In this document: in pieces, positions 36,931 to 51,300 of the stretch | Numbering within the stretch: position 1 is the stretch's first letter | Layout of the letters: each line of letters starts with the position of its first letter | Assembly: GCA_964199315.1 (NCBI GenBank) | Contig: OZ116708.1 | Location: forward strand, 16,740,001 to 16,804,000 | From: Orbicella franksi | Taxonomy: Eukaryota | Length of the DNA stretch: 64,000 bases | Direction of reading: 5' to 3' | Position numbers and translations under genes: made by a program | Notes under the pieces: model-generated | The model's input: only the letters and a program-made list of their open reading frames with translations | Database searches by the model: none | What the model was told of the DNA's origin: nothing

Positions 36931-39029
36931 GCTTACGACGAAAATACTGAAGCAAAATTCCAACAGACGTGAAAGTATTGAGTTGTGGACCAAAAGCATC
37001 AAACATTTCGGAAATTTCGGACGCCATTTTCCCGCGCTACATCGGCAAAAATCCTCGCAGCATGTACGCGCGTGTGCCGCACGGGATGGCGCAATTTGTT
37101 CTAAAAATAGAAAAATTGTCCCATATCATGGGGACAGCCCCAATACTAGGAATGGGGCGCGCTTACGGTCTCCGTCCCCGATTATGCCTCCTGTTATTAT
37201 TATCATTATCATTATCATTATAGTGGCGTCCTTAAAACAAGGACTAGAGTGTAACATCATTCTCATATAGGATGCCTACGTGATCAATTATCTATCGTCC
37301 ATTCGTAAAAGTTTGTTTAAGATCTTCTCTGGAACTTGCACGCTGGACTGTGCCTTCTCCGCATTAACGCGGTATGGTACCCTCAATATGGACCAAAAAG
37401 TTTGTTTAAATATGGTGAAGAAAGATCAATTGTGTGCTATTGCACTTAAGAAGAGAAATTAAATTTCTAGAGTTTTACTCAAAATGGTTGCTATGGAAAC
37501 CAGCCACAGCCTTTTGAAGTAGTGTTTTATAGTATTGACGCCAACACTTCCTACTCTTTTACAAAACGAGAATTGACTGTCAAATAAGCATATCATGTAA
37601 GTTTCTGTTTTGTTCTGTGATATGAATCTAAGTTTTGACAGTTAACTCATTTTCAGTGCCTTCTACAGCTTTATTTGGAAATAACCTTATTTTTTACCAC
37701 ACCCAGTGGACAAATCATCTCATGTCACGTGACAGACCTTAAAATGTTACGATTTTTTTGGTTTATATCATCACGACACTATTGGTCTTTGATGAGCCCA
37801 AGTTTCAGAAATTCTACTTAAAACCTTGCAAAGTAGAAATGTTGGCGCGAAGTCAGTCGGTACAAAAGTAAACTTTTGAGAAAAATGCACTTTAAGTTTC
37901 TTACACGAAGTATTAAGCGTTTAACGAGCCGCAAATAGTGGGGGGGGGGTGCAGATTGGATCTCGGGGGAGGGGGTGCAATGGTTGTTCTATTTTGTAAA
38001 AAGTTACCGCAGTTGTGGGAAATATTCCTTGTCATAAGGGAAATGAATGAGCCTGTGATGGCAATTTGAGGCAAAGCTTTTCACAAATAATTATACCAAT
38101 CGAATTTTGCATATCTTAACAGTTTTTTCTAAATAGTTTCGTTCATATGAGTTAAAAATAATCTATATGTTTGGTCACGTTCTTATAGTAAACAGTCGTT
38201 GCTATGGCCGTTGCAACGTGAAAAAACTTATACCACTGTGTACTTTCCTTAAATTTCACACTCATCTGGAAGGAAATTCTGCAAGATCGTTTCAAAATGT
38301 TTTTGACAAGTCCTCAAGGGTCTTAAGTCTTGTATTTCCAAGAAATTGAATTTTTCATGAACATCGCCATATTTTAGGGTACCATACCTCCTTAATTCCA
38401 GGTCGTAACAGGGTCGTAAAGCCGAGGGTAAAATTCAGTTGGCCAACGGAATTTTACCCTCGGGGATGGCACGGTGCAGTGAGGTGTGTGGGTTATTTAA
38501 CCGCGGGTTACTGCGAGAGCCCAGTTAAAATCTCATAGTACTCTTTGTTGGTTGGCTTCGCTTGATGGACTTTTAGTTCTCTGTAAATGAGTTCCTTGAT
38601 TAGGATGGAAAGCGACGTCTTACAGTTGCTTTGTTGCCTTCCCTGTACAGTGAATAGCAACCTCGTCATTTTGCTTAAATTTTCTTTCATTTAACCCGAT
38701 TTTAAGACTTACCTCAGTTTGGGTGGTGGGTTATATTTCACCCACTGTTTAACCCGAGGTTAACCGTAACCTACTGACTTCAAACAACAGAATTAACACG
38801 GGTTCCCTGGGGTTAACTGGTTACCAGTACCCCTATGCACGTGTCCTCAAGCAAAGCATAACGGTACCTGGTGACAGTGGAAAAAAACAACTTAGTTTTC
38901 TTTTAGGTTGATTTTCGTTGAAGAGAATATGTTCTATTCTATTTATTTCAGTTAAAATAAGAACCCTAAACTTTTGTTTAAAGAGAAGTCCCATCCGTCC
39001 TCACTGCATTCTCTCTGAAAACGCATGAA

Positions 39030-39870
39030 ATAATTTTCGTCCACACAACGTTGGAGAAATTCACTGGAAATTTGAAAACGCAACAATCACCGGTCATTTT
39101 GGATTTGCGCTTCAGGAAAACTCAGGCAGGGAAAACAAATGATTATCGTGATGTCAACGTTTACGAAAAGCTCCGTTTTCAAATTGTTTTCCTTCCAAAC
39201 TAAAACGCAAAGCCGACGTTTTAAAATTCCTCAGCTCCGGTTTGAAGAGCGTTTCCGAAAAGTTCGGTTTTGGTGAGGGATTAGTGTGGAGGGTAGGCTT
39301 AACCGCAGCAATAAAGTTCGGTTTTGGTGAGGGATTAGTGTGGAGGGTAGGCTTAACCCTAGCAATAAAGCTGCGTTTTCAAATTTCTCAGACGTAGAGT
39401 GGACGGGGTCTTAAACCCCGACCACGCTAATGCGTTTTCGAAACGAAAACGCATAAGTTTTGATGCTTTTTTAGCTATCGTCCATTATGAAACACCCAAG
39501 AATGCTGATGAAATGGGAAGCTTTTGAAAACGGTTTCGAAAATGGAATCTTTTGAAAACGCATCGCTTTGCATGAAAACGCTCAGTTTTCATTGTGGACA
39601 GATGATAAAAACGGCTTTTGGCTTTTCGAAAAGGTGACGAAAAAAGCGTCATATCATTTGTTCTCTTGCTTCCATCAGCGTTTTGGGGCGTTTTACTGTG
39701 GACGATAGGCGAAAACTAATCAATAAGTATCCCTTTTCGAATGAAAACGCATCAGTGTGGACAGATTAAAACAAAACGAAAACGCTATTGTGAGCGAAAA
39801 TATTTTGCTTCGTTTTCGTTGAAACGAAAACAAATACCAGTTTAAAAACGAATTAGTGTGGCCTTAGTTT
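39030..39870. mobile_element. Two adjacent GAAAACG-rich MITEs (about 39030-39412 and 39413-39866)
   Basis: The first is a sister of the 17405 element and carries a tandem duplication of about 54 bp (AAGTTCGGTTTTGGTGAGGGATTAGTGTGGAGGGTAGGCTTAACC..). The second has CCACGCTAATGCGTTTTC / AAAAACGAATTAGTGTGG ends. Confidence 0.65.
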
Positions 39871-40544
39871 TGTTTTTAGTTTTATTACAGTTTTATTTAA
39901 ACCCGAGATTTAAAAGAAAATAACTATCGTTTTTTTGCGAATGACATTTGTCCGGCGGCCACCATACTTGTCGTGTATGACACAATACACACCTGTATAG
40001 GAGAATGGCGAAATGTTTTGTCGCAAATATAGGATTGAGCATTAATTTGCTCGCCCATAAGTGTGCATGGGTAATTTATAATGATAATGGACCTGAATGG
40101 ACGAGTTCAACTCAAATCACGATGTACTATAATTTATACATGCAAACCAGGAAAGTGAACACAAAATTAGGAGTGTTGTCAGACTGGTCCGAGCGTTTTT
40201 CGCAGGAGCGCAGATGCTTTTTCTTCAGCTTAGCTTTCGGATAACTGAATTGCATGCAGGTTAGGTAGCGGAGCACCTCATTTATTTCGTTATTGACCTT
40301 GATATACCTGCAAAAATATTTGAGAGGGTCCTGGAAAATCGGATGTGTATCGAATATCTTGCAGAAATTGATTAACATCATCCAATCAAACTCTTAAGGC
40401 AATTTTAAAGTGTCCAATCATTTCACCATTATTCATTCAATTCACCACTCACCCAAACGCAAGAATCACGAGATCAGAACAGTGTCACAGCTGATCAGGG
40501 AAGGCACACGGAAATGTCACGCAATGTACATCAACTGGCTATAT

Positions 40545-40852
40545 TTAATTAGTATATTCTCAGCTCCGACTATTGCATTTCTAGCTCTCTGATTGGCTCA
40601 AAAACTCCGACTATGAGCCATTAGTCGGAGTTTTACCTTATATGGAAAACAGTGCGCCAAGTTTAAAAATTTTCCGCTCTGTAAAATTGTTGAAATAAAA
40701 ATCGGCGGCAAAAACCCGATTAAGAATATACTAAAACAATTATTCCATTCGACCTTGTTGGATATGAAGTGATCATAACCAACTCGCGCTACGCGCTCGT
40801 TGGTTATTTATCACTTCATATCCAACGCGGTTTCATGGAATAATTGTTAAAT
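40545..40852. repeat. Interspersed repeat ending in a long hairpin
   Basis: AACAATTATTCCA..GTTGGATATGAAGTGAT.ATAACCAAC pairs with GTTGGTTAT..ATCACTTCATATCCAAC..TGGAATAATTGTT (about 40736-40848). Confidence 0.7.
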
Positions 40853-42385
40853 AGTCGATTACGTACGATGAATTACGCCAGGTACTAGTTTCCGGTTCCA
40901 CGCAATAGCTCGCACGTGTACATGTACTTTGAAATATCGTGAAAAAAGTTGTTAACGAAATAACTTAAAGTGGTCTACGCAGGGGACACTTTGGATGCAA
41001 TATTACAAATTTTTGCTTCAAGTATAAATTAGCGTAAGACCCTTACAGTTCACGACTATTCCCGAGATCAGATATTTAGAACGGAGACGATGTTTCCCAA
41101 TCTATAGCTGTATTCAGAATATTTAAGAACAATTATAAAATATAGGCGCGTTTCTGTAACAATGTGCGATTATTGCATATTCTCTGACGACCCTCTCGGA
41201 CCTGCCAATGCAACATTTTACTTCGGTGACAAAGTAGCCTTAGAAACGACCGTGGCAAATAGAGAAATTAAACCAAACGTATCCGAGTCAAACGAAATAA
41301 TAGAAAACATCAAATAACACGTGCGCAGCCAATAAGAATGAAAGGGAGGCTCGTAATAACTATATTTGCTACATTTCATATTCCAACGCGACCTTGCGGT
41401 TGGCCGCTGACAAGTCACATGTGTGACATATGGCAGGTTTAGGGTAAACACAGTTTTCATCGTGAAACTGCTTTTAGGACTTTTAGGGTTATTCTTCTTA
41501 TGTTCTTCTGGTTTGGTCTCGAAATTTCTGAAATATTTAACCTAATTTTAAATGGAGACAAAGACTGTATTAAAGGCATTTTCCGCACAAGGCTTTCGCA
41601 TTTCCCAAACAAATATGAAGCCTGCACAAAAAGCTACTCACAGAGATACTTAGTTATATTGTTCACAGTTTCGTAACAAAGCTAAGAAAACACAAAGGAT
41701 TTGACGTTGCCCCTCGCCAAGGAATAGTCATGGGACCATATTTACAACCGGTTTTTCCTGTAGTAAACGCGAAGTGCCATGCGCAAATTTGCGTGTCATA
41801 GCAACAAACGATGGCTGACCGGTTTGATCGTGTCCTGCGAAAAGAAACTCCTCACGGCCTCCCCCAGAGTAGAAACGTTCATGCGCCATTGAATGGCCGT
41901 TGAGTCCACTTTTCTTGCTACCGTGTTTACCTGTACTCTTCGGTTTAGTAACAGCCATTTCATAGTTCTTAGTGACTTTTCATAGTGTTTAAGGTGGTTT
42001 TCGAAAGCAAAGAATTTGAAGAGTCTGACCCCAGTTCCTTTTCTTGCTCAGAGACTCATCCTAATCGATTAGGAGCTTAGAGAAAATCGAGCGCAAGGAA
42101 GGCAGGGGATGTGATTTGGCCGTGTTGTTTACAGCAATGGACGGCACTTTCATTCTCTTTGTTGGCCTGACCTAGCGTTTGTTATTACACCAACCTATAA
42201 GAAGACAGCCATTTACGTGGTTGAGACGGGAAACAGTGAAACTTTTCCAGGATGTGACTTGTAGTGAGCGGAGCAATGGAATTCTTGAAGTACTCCGTTT
42301 ATTGTTGTGTTGCGCCAATGTATTGGACTACCTATCCGCTTTGAATGTTTCGTTCTTGATTTCTTCTAACGTTCAATTCAACGTT

Positions 42386-45300
42386 ATGGAGAGTCAAGCG
42401 GATGAATCTCCGAAAGAAGAACCCACAAAGCCACAGAAACACGTACAATTTGAGCTTAGTAATGTAACTGAGGATGAATCAAAATTTATTGAACCTTATG
42501 TACCTTTGGTCGATGGACCTCAAAAAGTTACAAGCAAAGGAGAAAACCGCGAGAAAACTGTAGGACTAGAGGCAGATGAGAAAGCAGTTGGAGTTAGTCC
42601 AGACGGTCGGTTCCTAAAATTTGACATTGAAGTTGGTAGAGGTTCGTTCAAAACAGTTTACAAAGGTTTGGATACAGAAACAGGGGTAGCTGTGGCATGG
42701 TGCGAACTTCAGGTTAGCAGCTCTTGAAATTTGCTCATTTCACTATTGCTCTGTAGTTAACTTTTCAAGGAAAAGCTAAGAGTGATCATTACTAACTTAA
42801 TGTTGTACATTTTTCCTTTTTTAAGGATAAATATTCAAAGGCCGAGCGAGCGAGGTTCAAAGAAGAAGCCGAAATGCTGAAGCAATTACAACACCCGAAT
42901 ATCGTGAAATTCCACGACTCGTGGGAAACAAGAATTGCGAACAAAGATAAGAAAAGGGTTATTTTAGTGACGGAGCTGATGACTTCAGGAACACTGAAGA
43001 CGTAAGTAGCAAGTTTAGGCTAAAAGATCGGTCGCCATTTTCTTGCCACGAATTCACATGAGTTGTGGATCTAAGATTTGCATGAGAAGGAGGCAGGAAA
43101 TTTAACGATGTGACGAAACTGTCTTGCCATGTCTGTAAATTTTGAATGAATAGACAAACAAAGGCACGTTGTTTTACTTGTACTGACTCAAAGTTAGTTC
43201 AAAATTCTAAAATTCTCTTATTTAAGTGAAAGCTATGTAGTTTGGACCGCTTTAATATTTCCTGACTTTGCGCTCTTCGTTGTTGTTTCCGGGGTTGTTC
43301 TATGCGTTTGTCACTGTTTCTTGGAAGGATCTACAGTTCTTTCGATCAGTAGTTGCGTTAGTGAATTTTTAATAGTTTCCTTTGCAGCGAATTTTTCTGA
43401 AATATGTTTTTCTAGATTAAGTTTTATTGTTTTCTCTTGTGCCAGAAAAAAAAACTTAGGTGGCAAGCTTCATGGAGCTATTGAGTCCAGCAGCGAAGAA
43501 TCGTTGTGTTATCTAACAAATAGGATTCACAACATGCTTCTTTCACTGGCAATTTAAGTCTGATATGTTCATTGCAAGGAATATGTTCTTGTAACCCACT
43601 TTAGTCCGTAATTTAATGGTGTTGCGGCTCTTCTCTAGTTTGCGTCATCGTTGTGATTCTTGTTTTATTTTTCCCTTCCACCGAATTGGGTATTTCTTTT
43701 AGTGTCAGTGGTACTTACCAAAACACAGCAGGCTTAAGCATTTGTGGCTTCGGAGTTGCTATAAGTTAAATGGTATCTTTGATATTCATTTTACCACAAT
43801 AATGCCGTTTTTTAAAGGCATTTGCACATGGCAAATCATCACAACTTACCCTAGACTAATCGTCTATGGCGCAGCATTTCGGTGGTACCTTCGTACCTCA
43901 AAAATACAGGGAATAGAATATTGCACAAAGTATATTGATGCAGTTCAATGTTGTTAGAGTGACTAGAAAAAACTTACTATCATTACACTTATTGATGAAA
44001 ATTTGTATTAGCCGTTTGTTCTTCTCATCTGTTACAAAATCTAGTTTTATTTTGCCTTGCCAAATCATAAGATACTGGAGAAACAGTTGTTGCAGCTCCC
44101 ACATTTTTTCCTTTTCTGCTTTCTTACAGTTAATTTAATTTCAGTGGGGTCAGTCATGAATTTATTCTTCCATGATATGAATATTTGGGACAGGCAGGGA
44201 TCATGAGGGCAGGGATGTATACCATTTAATGTAATGCTAAAATTATTTGATGCAAATATTAAGTTACTGTGAAAGGTTTATATACTTTTTTGATTGTCCT
44301 CAAGAAAGCGTCCACATCTATATTTAGAAATACTTAAATATGCATCTGAGTGGACATGCACATTTGTTATTATTTATGTAGAGATACTCATAACTTATGT
44401 GTGCACTTCTTGTCTCTGAAATATATAGTTCTCCGATTTTTAATTATTCGCTTCTGGAAATCAACAGATATCTGAAGCGCTTTAAGGGAGTGAAGGAGAA
44501 AATCCTAAAAAGTTGGTGTCGGCAGATTCTCAAAGGCTTACTCTTTCTTCATACAAGGACTCCTCCTATCATTCATCGCGACCTCAAGTGCGACAATATT
44601 TTTATCAATGGCACAACTGGCCTGGTAAAAATTGGAGATTTGGGGCTTGCAACTCTAAAGAAATCCTCCTTTGCTAAGAGTGTAATAGGTAAGAGACAGC
44701 CTTTCCAGATAATATTATCTGGCAACTCCATCCTAATTTTATAGTGGTCACCTACATGTTAGTATATGGGTAGTTACAGACAAATAATTTACTTTCCATG
44801 AGGAATGACCACTGCCAAAATAAAATTTACAGTAACTGGAAACCTTGGAAGATTATAGCAGTATAGAGCGGTTTTCAATTGAGTGTTGTAAAACTAAAAT
44901 CAAACCAATTACTCACCAATTAGACTACCCGTACTCTACTCAGCCTATCTCAAACCATAGTAAAACCAAAACCAAAACCAAAGTAATTGCCTGATTACTT
45001 TGACACTCAATTTAAAACTGCTCTAAGTTACATGTTATGTTATAAATATAAGTTATAAGTATAATTTATATCTTACTGAAGAAGGGTTAAGCCTGAAACA
45101 CTTGTGATTTTTCATAAGATGACACTTTTTTACATTTTTCTACATTGTCAGTCTTCTATTTATTATTTGCTTTTGAATTTTAATATCCATCTTAAGTATC
45201 ATGCATCAACCAGGGAGAACAATTTATTTGTTATTGTTCATCCTAAACATTTATAAGTTATATGTGACACATCACAGTCATTAAATCAGTCACTTTCATC

Positions 45301-48300
45301 AAACCTAGCTGTTGAACACTAGTGCTATTACGAATACCAAATGATGGTACTGAGGGTGTCTGCTATAACATCTAAAACCTATGGGCTGGGAACCACACTT
45401 TTTAGCTTGGTTGGTAAAATCCATCTTTGAGAAATTTTCTTTTGGCCTTGATATGTGCACATTATATATTTAGTTTAACTGAAATTGAAATTGCTCTGTG
45501 TCAAAGATTTTTAAGCTGGTTAGTTCAGCCATTTTGGTTTGAAACTAACATCTTACATCTGATCAGGTACTCCTGAGTTTATGGCTCCAGAAATGTATGA
45601 AGAGCATTATGATGAGTCTGTTGATGTCTATGCTTTTGGGATGTGCATGCTGGAGATGACTACACTGGAGTATCCCTATATGGAGTGTCAAAACCCTGCC
45701 CAGATCTATCGGAGAGTTGTCAGTGTAAGTTAATGGTTCTCCCAGTTCCTGAATGAAAGTAACCAAATTTGCCCTAATTAGAAGCCTTTGCTTTGGGTAA
45801 AACATTTTATGCATTGCTTATGGAGCATCTTATTTAAAAGAACTTATGAAAAGAGTATGATTTGCCACCAAATATATGAACTTTTTGAAAGACACGGTTC
45901 TTAGTGAACTTAATGAATGGAACAACTTCGAAGATGTATATCAGTCTACGTTTTGTTTCCATGCAATTAACTCATTAAGCTAATTAAACAGAAGAAAAAC
46001 AAAAAGTGCATATGTCCACATACTATTTTCCGGGTTTTCAGCATCCATCCTATAATGTATTTACAGTGGCCTGGCTGACTACCAAGCATGGAAATTTAAA
46101 GTCACCACTTACTTAATCCAATCCAGTCTTTTTGGTGACCCCACTGGTCACAACATTGAGCACAGTAGAGGTTAACCCTGTTATGGACTTCCATATTACA
46201 TTCCATGAAGAGAGAACTTGTGGAAATACTCCTGTTAGATTTATGCTGCTGGAACCTAGATTAGCTTAACCCTGAGCTGCAGACTTCGCTTCCTTAACTT
46301 AAGTTAAATGATAATTTGTGATAAACAGGGTATCAAGCCAGAGTGTTTGGATAAAGTTGGTTCAAAGGAAATTAGACAGATCATTGAAGGCTGCACAAAA
46401 GCCAAGATTGATGAGAGGTATTTATCAAGGTTTATATCCTGGCTTACATTTATGTCCAAGGTCATATAATTGTCAAGTGGGGTTCTGACTTACATAAGAC
46501 TTACATAAAGGTGGCTTGGTTTGAGATGTTCACCTTTGCAATTGAATGCCATCAGTGGTTATTCTCTGCCTGAATTCAGAAACAAGTGTTATCCAAGGAA
46601 CAGTTTTTCGTGAAGAAAATTTGAACTCTGTAAACTGAACTTGATCCTGTGTTGACAAGTAGCATGGCCCATGAATGGGCAGACACTTTATGTCCGAAGT
46701 TTGAAACTCGTGTTGATGATCTTTATTGCTACATTTTGTCTGTTAGCCACTCTATCTAGGAAATTCTAGCTGTGAATTGGGTGCATGCTCATAAGCGCAG
46801 CTAAACATTGTGTTTGCGAAGAGTTTTGAAATATTCCGATGTAAACGTTAAGTCTTTAAAAATCGTTGTACTCATAACTCTGCAACAAAATAAGAGTTGC
46901 TCTGGTTAAACAAAAAGACTGTGAAGAGAAGCGATTGTCGCCTAAATGTGTGTGTTACTTTGTTTTCATTAATTTCGCGGGAAGTTCATGGAAGTATTTA
47001 AAATTCATAATTAGCGGCGCAATTCTGACTATGTTAAGGGCCAACATGTAACAAATCACAAACAAATTCATCATTTTAGCTGTTTTTAGTTGTTAGCTGT
47101 TGTGTGGTGTCTTTCAGTTTCTGAGCACTGAAAATAGCTGATGAAAACAAAAGTACATGATCACACACTTTCAGCAGATTTCACATTTTTCAGATTTCAA
47201 GCTTTCAGATTTCACATATGACAATGGAACATTTCTATCAAGCCATAAAAAAATAATACTCTGCTCTTCATAAAAATCTAAACCCTGTTACAAACATGAA
47301 ACAGAGGTTTTCTGTCACGAAAAACTAATCTCTTGGAAGGTTTCACTGATGAAAGTAATTCAAGATCAGAGGCAGATTTTGGTCACATGCTCAGCAACAA
47401 GTTCATGTTTTTCAGTAACTCATAGTTTATTTGTTATGCAGAAATGGTATTTAAGCCCTCTATCTTGTTTTAACCAATTATCTACTGTTTCTCGTGATTG
47501 TGGCGACAAAAACTGCGCATAAATCTGCTCATATTGCTAGAAACTCTGAGAGGAAGCGTCTCAAATATTCTGTCGCATACTTCTCAATTTCGGTGTCTGT
47601 TTTCAGTTATAACTTTCCTTGAAGGAGTTGAACGGTCTGAGTTTTCACAGATGATTTTGGTTAGTTACACTGGCAGACGGAGAAATGTTTCAATGTGCTT
47701 GTCACAAAATACTAAAATGTTCTGCAATACTTCGCCTTGTGACTAAGGAAGCCCAAAGCATTTGAAATCAGCTGGCTTCTAGATTCTAATTAGTGGCCTA
47801 TCTTTCTGCTCTGTGTTTATTTTGATCTGATATAGTTCTACTGTCAGTTATCAATTCAATGCTGAGTAAGTTTCAAAATTTCACACTACATAGTCGACGG
47901 GAAAGAGGTGAAGATCAAAAGCATATTAATTAACAAAAACGTGAACTTGGTATGTTGAGTTGTACAAATTTTGACAGTATGTAAATTCAAGTTGTTTATT
48001 TGTTGAAGTACTTATTTTTTCCTTGATGTAGAGGAATATGAGCGAAGATTGAAATCAAGTCACATTTCAAGTGAAGCAAAACTTTCCAATCACATCCATA
48101 TTCAATTCAGCTCGAAGTGTCCTTTGATTTGTTTTAGAATGTGTACAAAAGAAAACAAATTGGAGGTGACAAAATGAATAACAATTTAGGCGTTTCTATT
48201 TATGCTGATGAAAATGCACCAACACATTGCTGAGTTTCAAACATGTTTGATGGTTCGCATATCTCTGAGCTGTACTGTACGGGAAGCATTTGTTTTCTTT

Positions 48301-51300
48301 CTCACAATGCCTTTTTCTGTAGCCGTTCTATCAATGTCACACAGCTTTAAGTGTGGTACATTCTCCTAAAATTCAGTGTGGCTAATAGTATATTGTTTCT
48401 ACGTGTTTGAAGAAACAAACATGCAAAGTCAGGCCTGCCATGTCAATATACATTGTACCTTGTAAGGTTTCTGTGTATGCAGCAGCTCTGTACATGTACA
48501 TCTACCCATAACACCTTTCAGTCCAGCAACATTAACTGAAATAATATCTGTTGGTGACATGTAAATGCACATGGTTGTAAGTTGAGTAATATTTTTCAGA
48601 TACACTATCAAAGTTATATTGAACCACCCATTCTTTCAAGAAGACTGTGGAGTGAAGGTCAATCTAGTTGAGGCAGAGCCAGGAGTTGACAGTGACACCA
48701 TAGGGCCTGTTGATACAGTCAAGCTGTTACTTCAACTTGAGGACCCTAAGAAGCGCAAAGATAAACATAAAGAGAATGAGGCAATCCAGTTTGATTTTAA
48801 CTTGGGCACTGACCAGCCTGAGAAAGTCACGCTAGAACTGGTAAGTAAACCTTGTGAAGCCCAAAAGATTGTAATAATTCATAGTTTGTTGTACAGCTGA
48901 AACAGGTAGGTGTTCACTGTGACATGCATTCCAGGCAAAAGTGGAACTTTGTATTTTATTTTTTGGTATTTAACCCTCTTTCAATCAGCTTTCCACTAAA
49001 GTGGAAAAAGAAAACAATTTTCAGTTTGACTGGTATACATGTGTATTCTCCTTTAGTATTATTTTGTCATCACTGACAGTTATTTCAATTCAAAGGTTGT
49101 TTTTGCCACTTGAAGATTGCCAAGTGAGTTGACTTTAGAGGTATCAGAAAGCCAAAATGGCTTATTTTTTCAGTGTGTAAATTGCAAAACTACAGCAGAC
49201 ATCTTTCTAAACTAGAATTTAATTTTTAACAAAACTTAACAGTGGAACAGAGAATTAACAGAAGTTGAACAACAGGCTTTGAAAGGAAGGAGGGACTTAA
49301 TAGTTAGACTCATCCCAAAAGGACTTGAAAGTGGAGTAGAATGTGCTCTGAATGTGCAAAACTTGAAATTTTGCATTGACTCCAGTTAAACAGAGGTACG
49401 TGAATGTGAATATGAATATTTGTTCAACTAGGACTTTCAGTGATGTGTTTTGTCACAATGTTGGTTCTGAGCTGTGATAATAGTTATCAAAAATTTTGAC
49501 CGTACAGTATTGCTTATCTGTTCAGTGGGTTAAAACAGACGGAGAGCTTGAACGCATAATTAAATAACGTAATGACCTTCAGGGCATTCTAAGGAAGCTA
49601 TTGTAATGGAAGGCTCAAGCATTAAGCCTAAAGGTATCAGTAACTATCTTTGCAAAGTTTTAAGGCTCTGAAATCTCTAAGATTAGTATCCGTAGATGTT
49701 TGAAAGAACAGGGAAAGTGAAGAGCAAACTGTCCTTTACAATTCTTATGGATGGATTTCCATGAAATTATCAGCACCCTGTTACTGAAATGCTAATGGTA
49801 TTTTGTTTCCTTCATGGGCAGTGGATTATTATTGTTATTTTCCTAATACCAGAAAAGAGTTAAAAAGTAGACATAGAATGTACCGCACAAACATTTTTAT
49901 TAACTGCGGGCAAGCATGGCTCTTAAATTGGGAAACTTTCACTTTTGCTGTTGAATACTGGCAGAAATAAACATTTTGAGAGCTGTTGTGGATATGATAT
50001 TACTTTAAAAGACATGTTTGTTCATGCTTGAAAATATTGTCAGCAGTTTGGTGGATTCCAACGGTGGAGAATGTTGGACTCTGGATTTATGCACACTGCT
50101 TCTGCCATCCCAAATGAGCCCAGTATAGCGTAGGCTGGCTGTACATCGCTTTACTATGCCTTAAGCCTGTAACAATTATAATATCTTTCTCCATGGCAGA
50201 AGATGACCCTTTGTGAAATTGCAGCAACATTTTTCTATTTACGGCAATTCCACAAATACTGCAAAATTTCTTTAGTTCACCTGCAACTTCGTAGTCTGCT
50301 CTCCTTTTATCACGGCCACTCCAGACTTGGCAGAGTAGTGATGTCAATGGCTTCTCATTGACCAACCTCCATCAGCTATGATGTTAACTGCTGGTATGTC
50401 CTCATCTGTTTCACCTGCAGCCACTCTAAGCTATTTTTCCTCTTTTCCTGCTTAGATCATGTTGACATTGTGACTTTTTTCCATACAATTCAGATCTGTT
50501 GTTTGTTTTTTGAAACAGTTCTTTAGTCTGGTGGTGCAATGTCAAGAACAGAGAGGATCTTGTCCATATTAGTAATATGTCCACCAGTGGAGGCCAATTA
50601 AACCCTAGACAGCTGCAAAGTTTATCTTGTATCACACTCAACCTATTAGACCTTCTGATTTGGGTCAAGTTTCCACGTTCCTGAACTGGATAACATCCCT
50701 TCCACTCAACTTTGTTTGTCCATGCAAGACTCCCATCACAGAGACAAATTGACTCATGGTCAAGGGTACTTTTGAGCGATTTACCAAGGTGGCATATGTT
50801 GAAAATCCTGTTCACTTTTAAATTTGGAAACTGGAAGTGTTTTCTTCTGGTTCACTGAACTAGGCTTGTTAATTTCACTTGAGAACCCTTCACTTTTAGA
50901 ATTAAATTTTGTTGCACTCATGCGTCTTGGCACTACTTTTTTCACCCTCTGCATTTGGAGTTTTCCAGTCTGGCGATACTTTCCTTTCGGACCTTGTATA
51001 TGGAATACTCTGGTTTGCATAAATCTAAATGTTTCCATCAGCTCCAGCTTAAAATTCTCATTAGCAAGTAAAGGAAAGGTAATGTATTTTATCACAAGTG
51101 AAGATATGAGTTTTTTGGGGTTAGATATCAAAAAGTTCTGCTTTTGTTTTTAACAAATAAATATAGGCTTCTGGCATTTACAAAAACAGTTAACCTGGGG
51201 ATCAATGGCTATTGTATTAATGAAATGCACAACAAGTTTGTGCCAAACAATTTGAATTACTTGGGAGAATATTTTAAGGGCTCTTTGCATGAATATTTCA

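Noticed and set aside
35540-38230. RFX X-box-like motifs (GTTACCATAGCAAC at about 35537, GTTGCTATGGAAAC at about 37487)
   Set aside because: They sit in interspersed-repeat sequence, not at an identifiable promoter.
42179-42385. N-terminal extension of WNK implied by the ORF track (TTG start)
   Set aside because: No in-frame ATG before 42386 and the peptide is not WNK-like; treated as 5' UTR.
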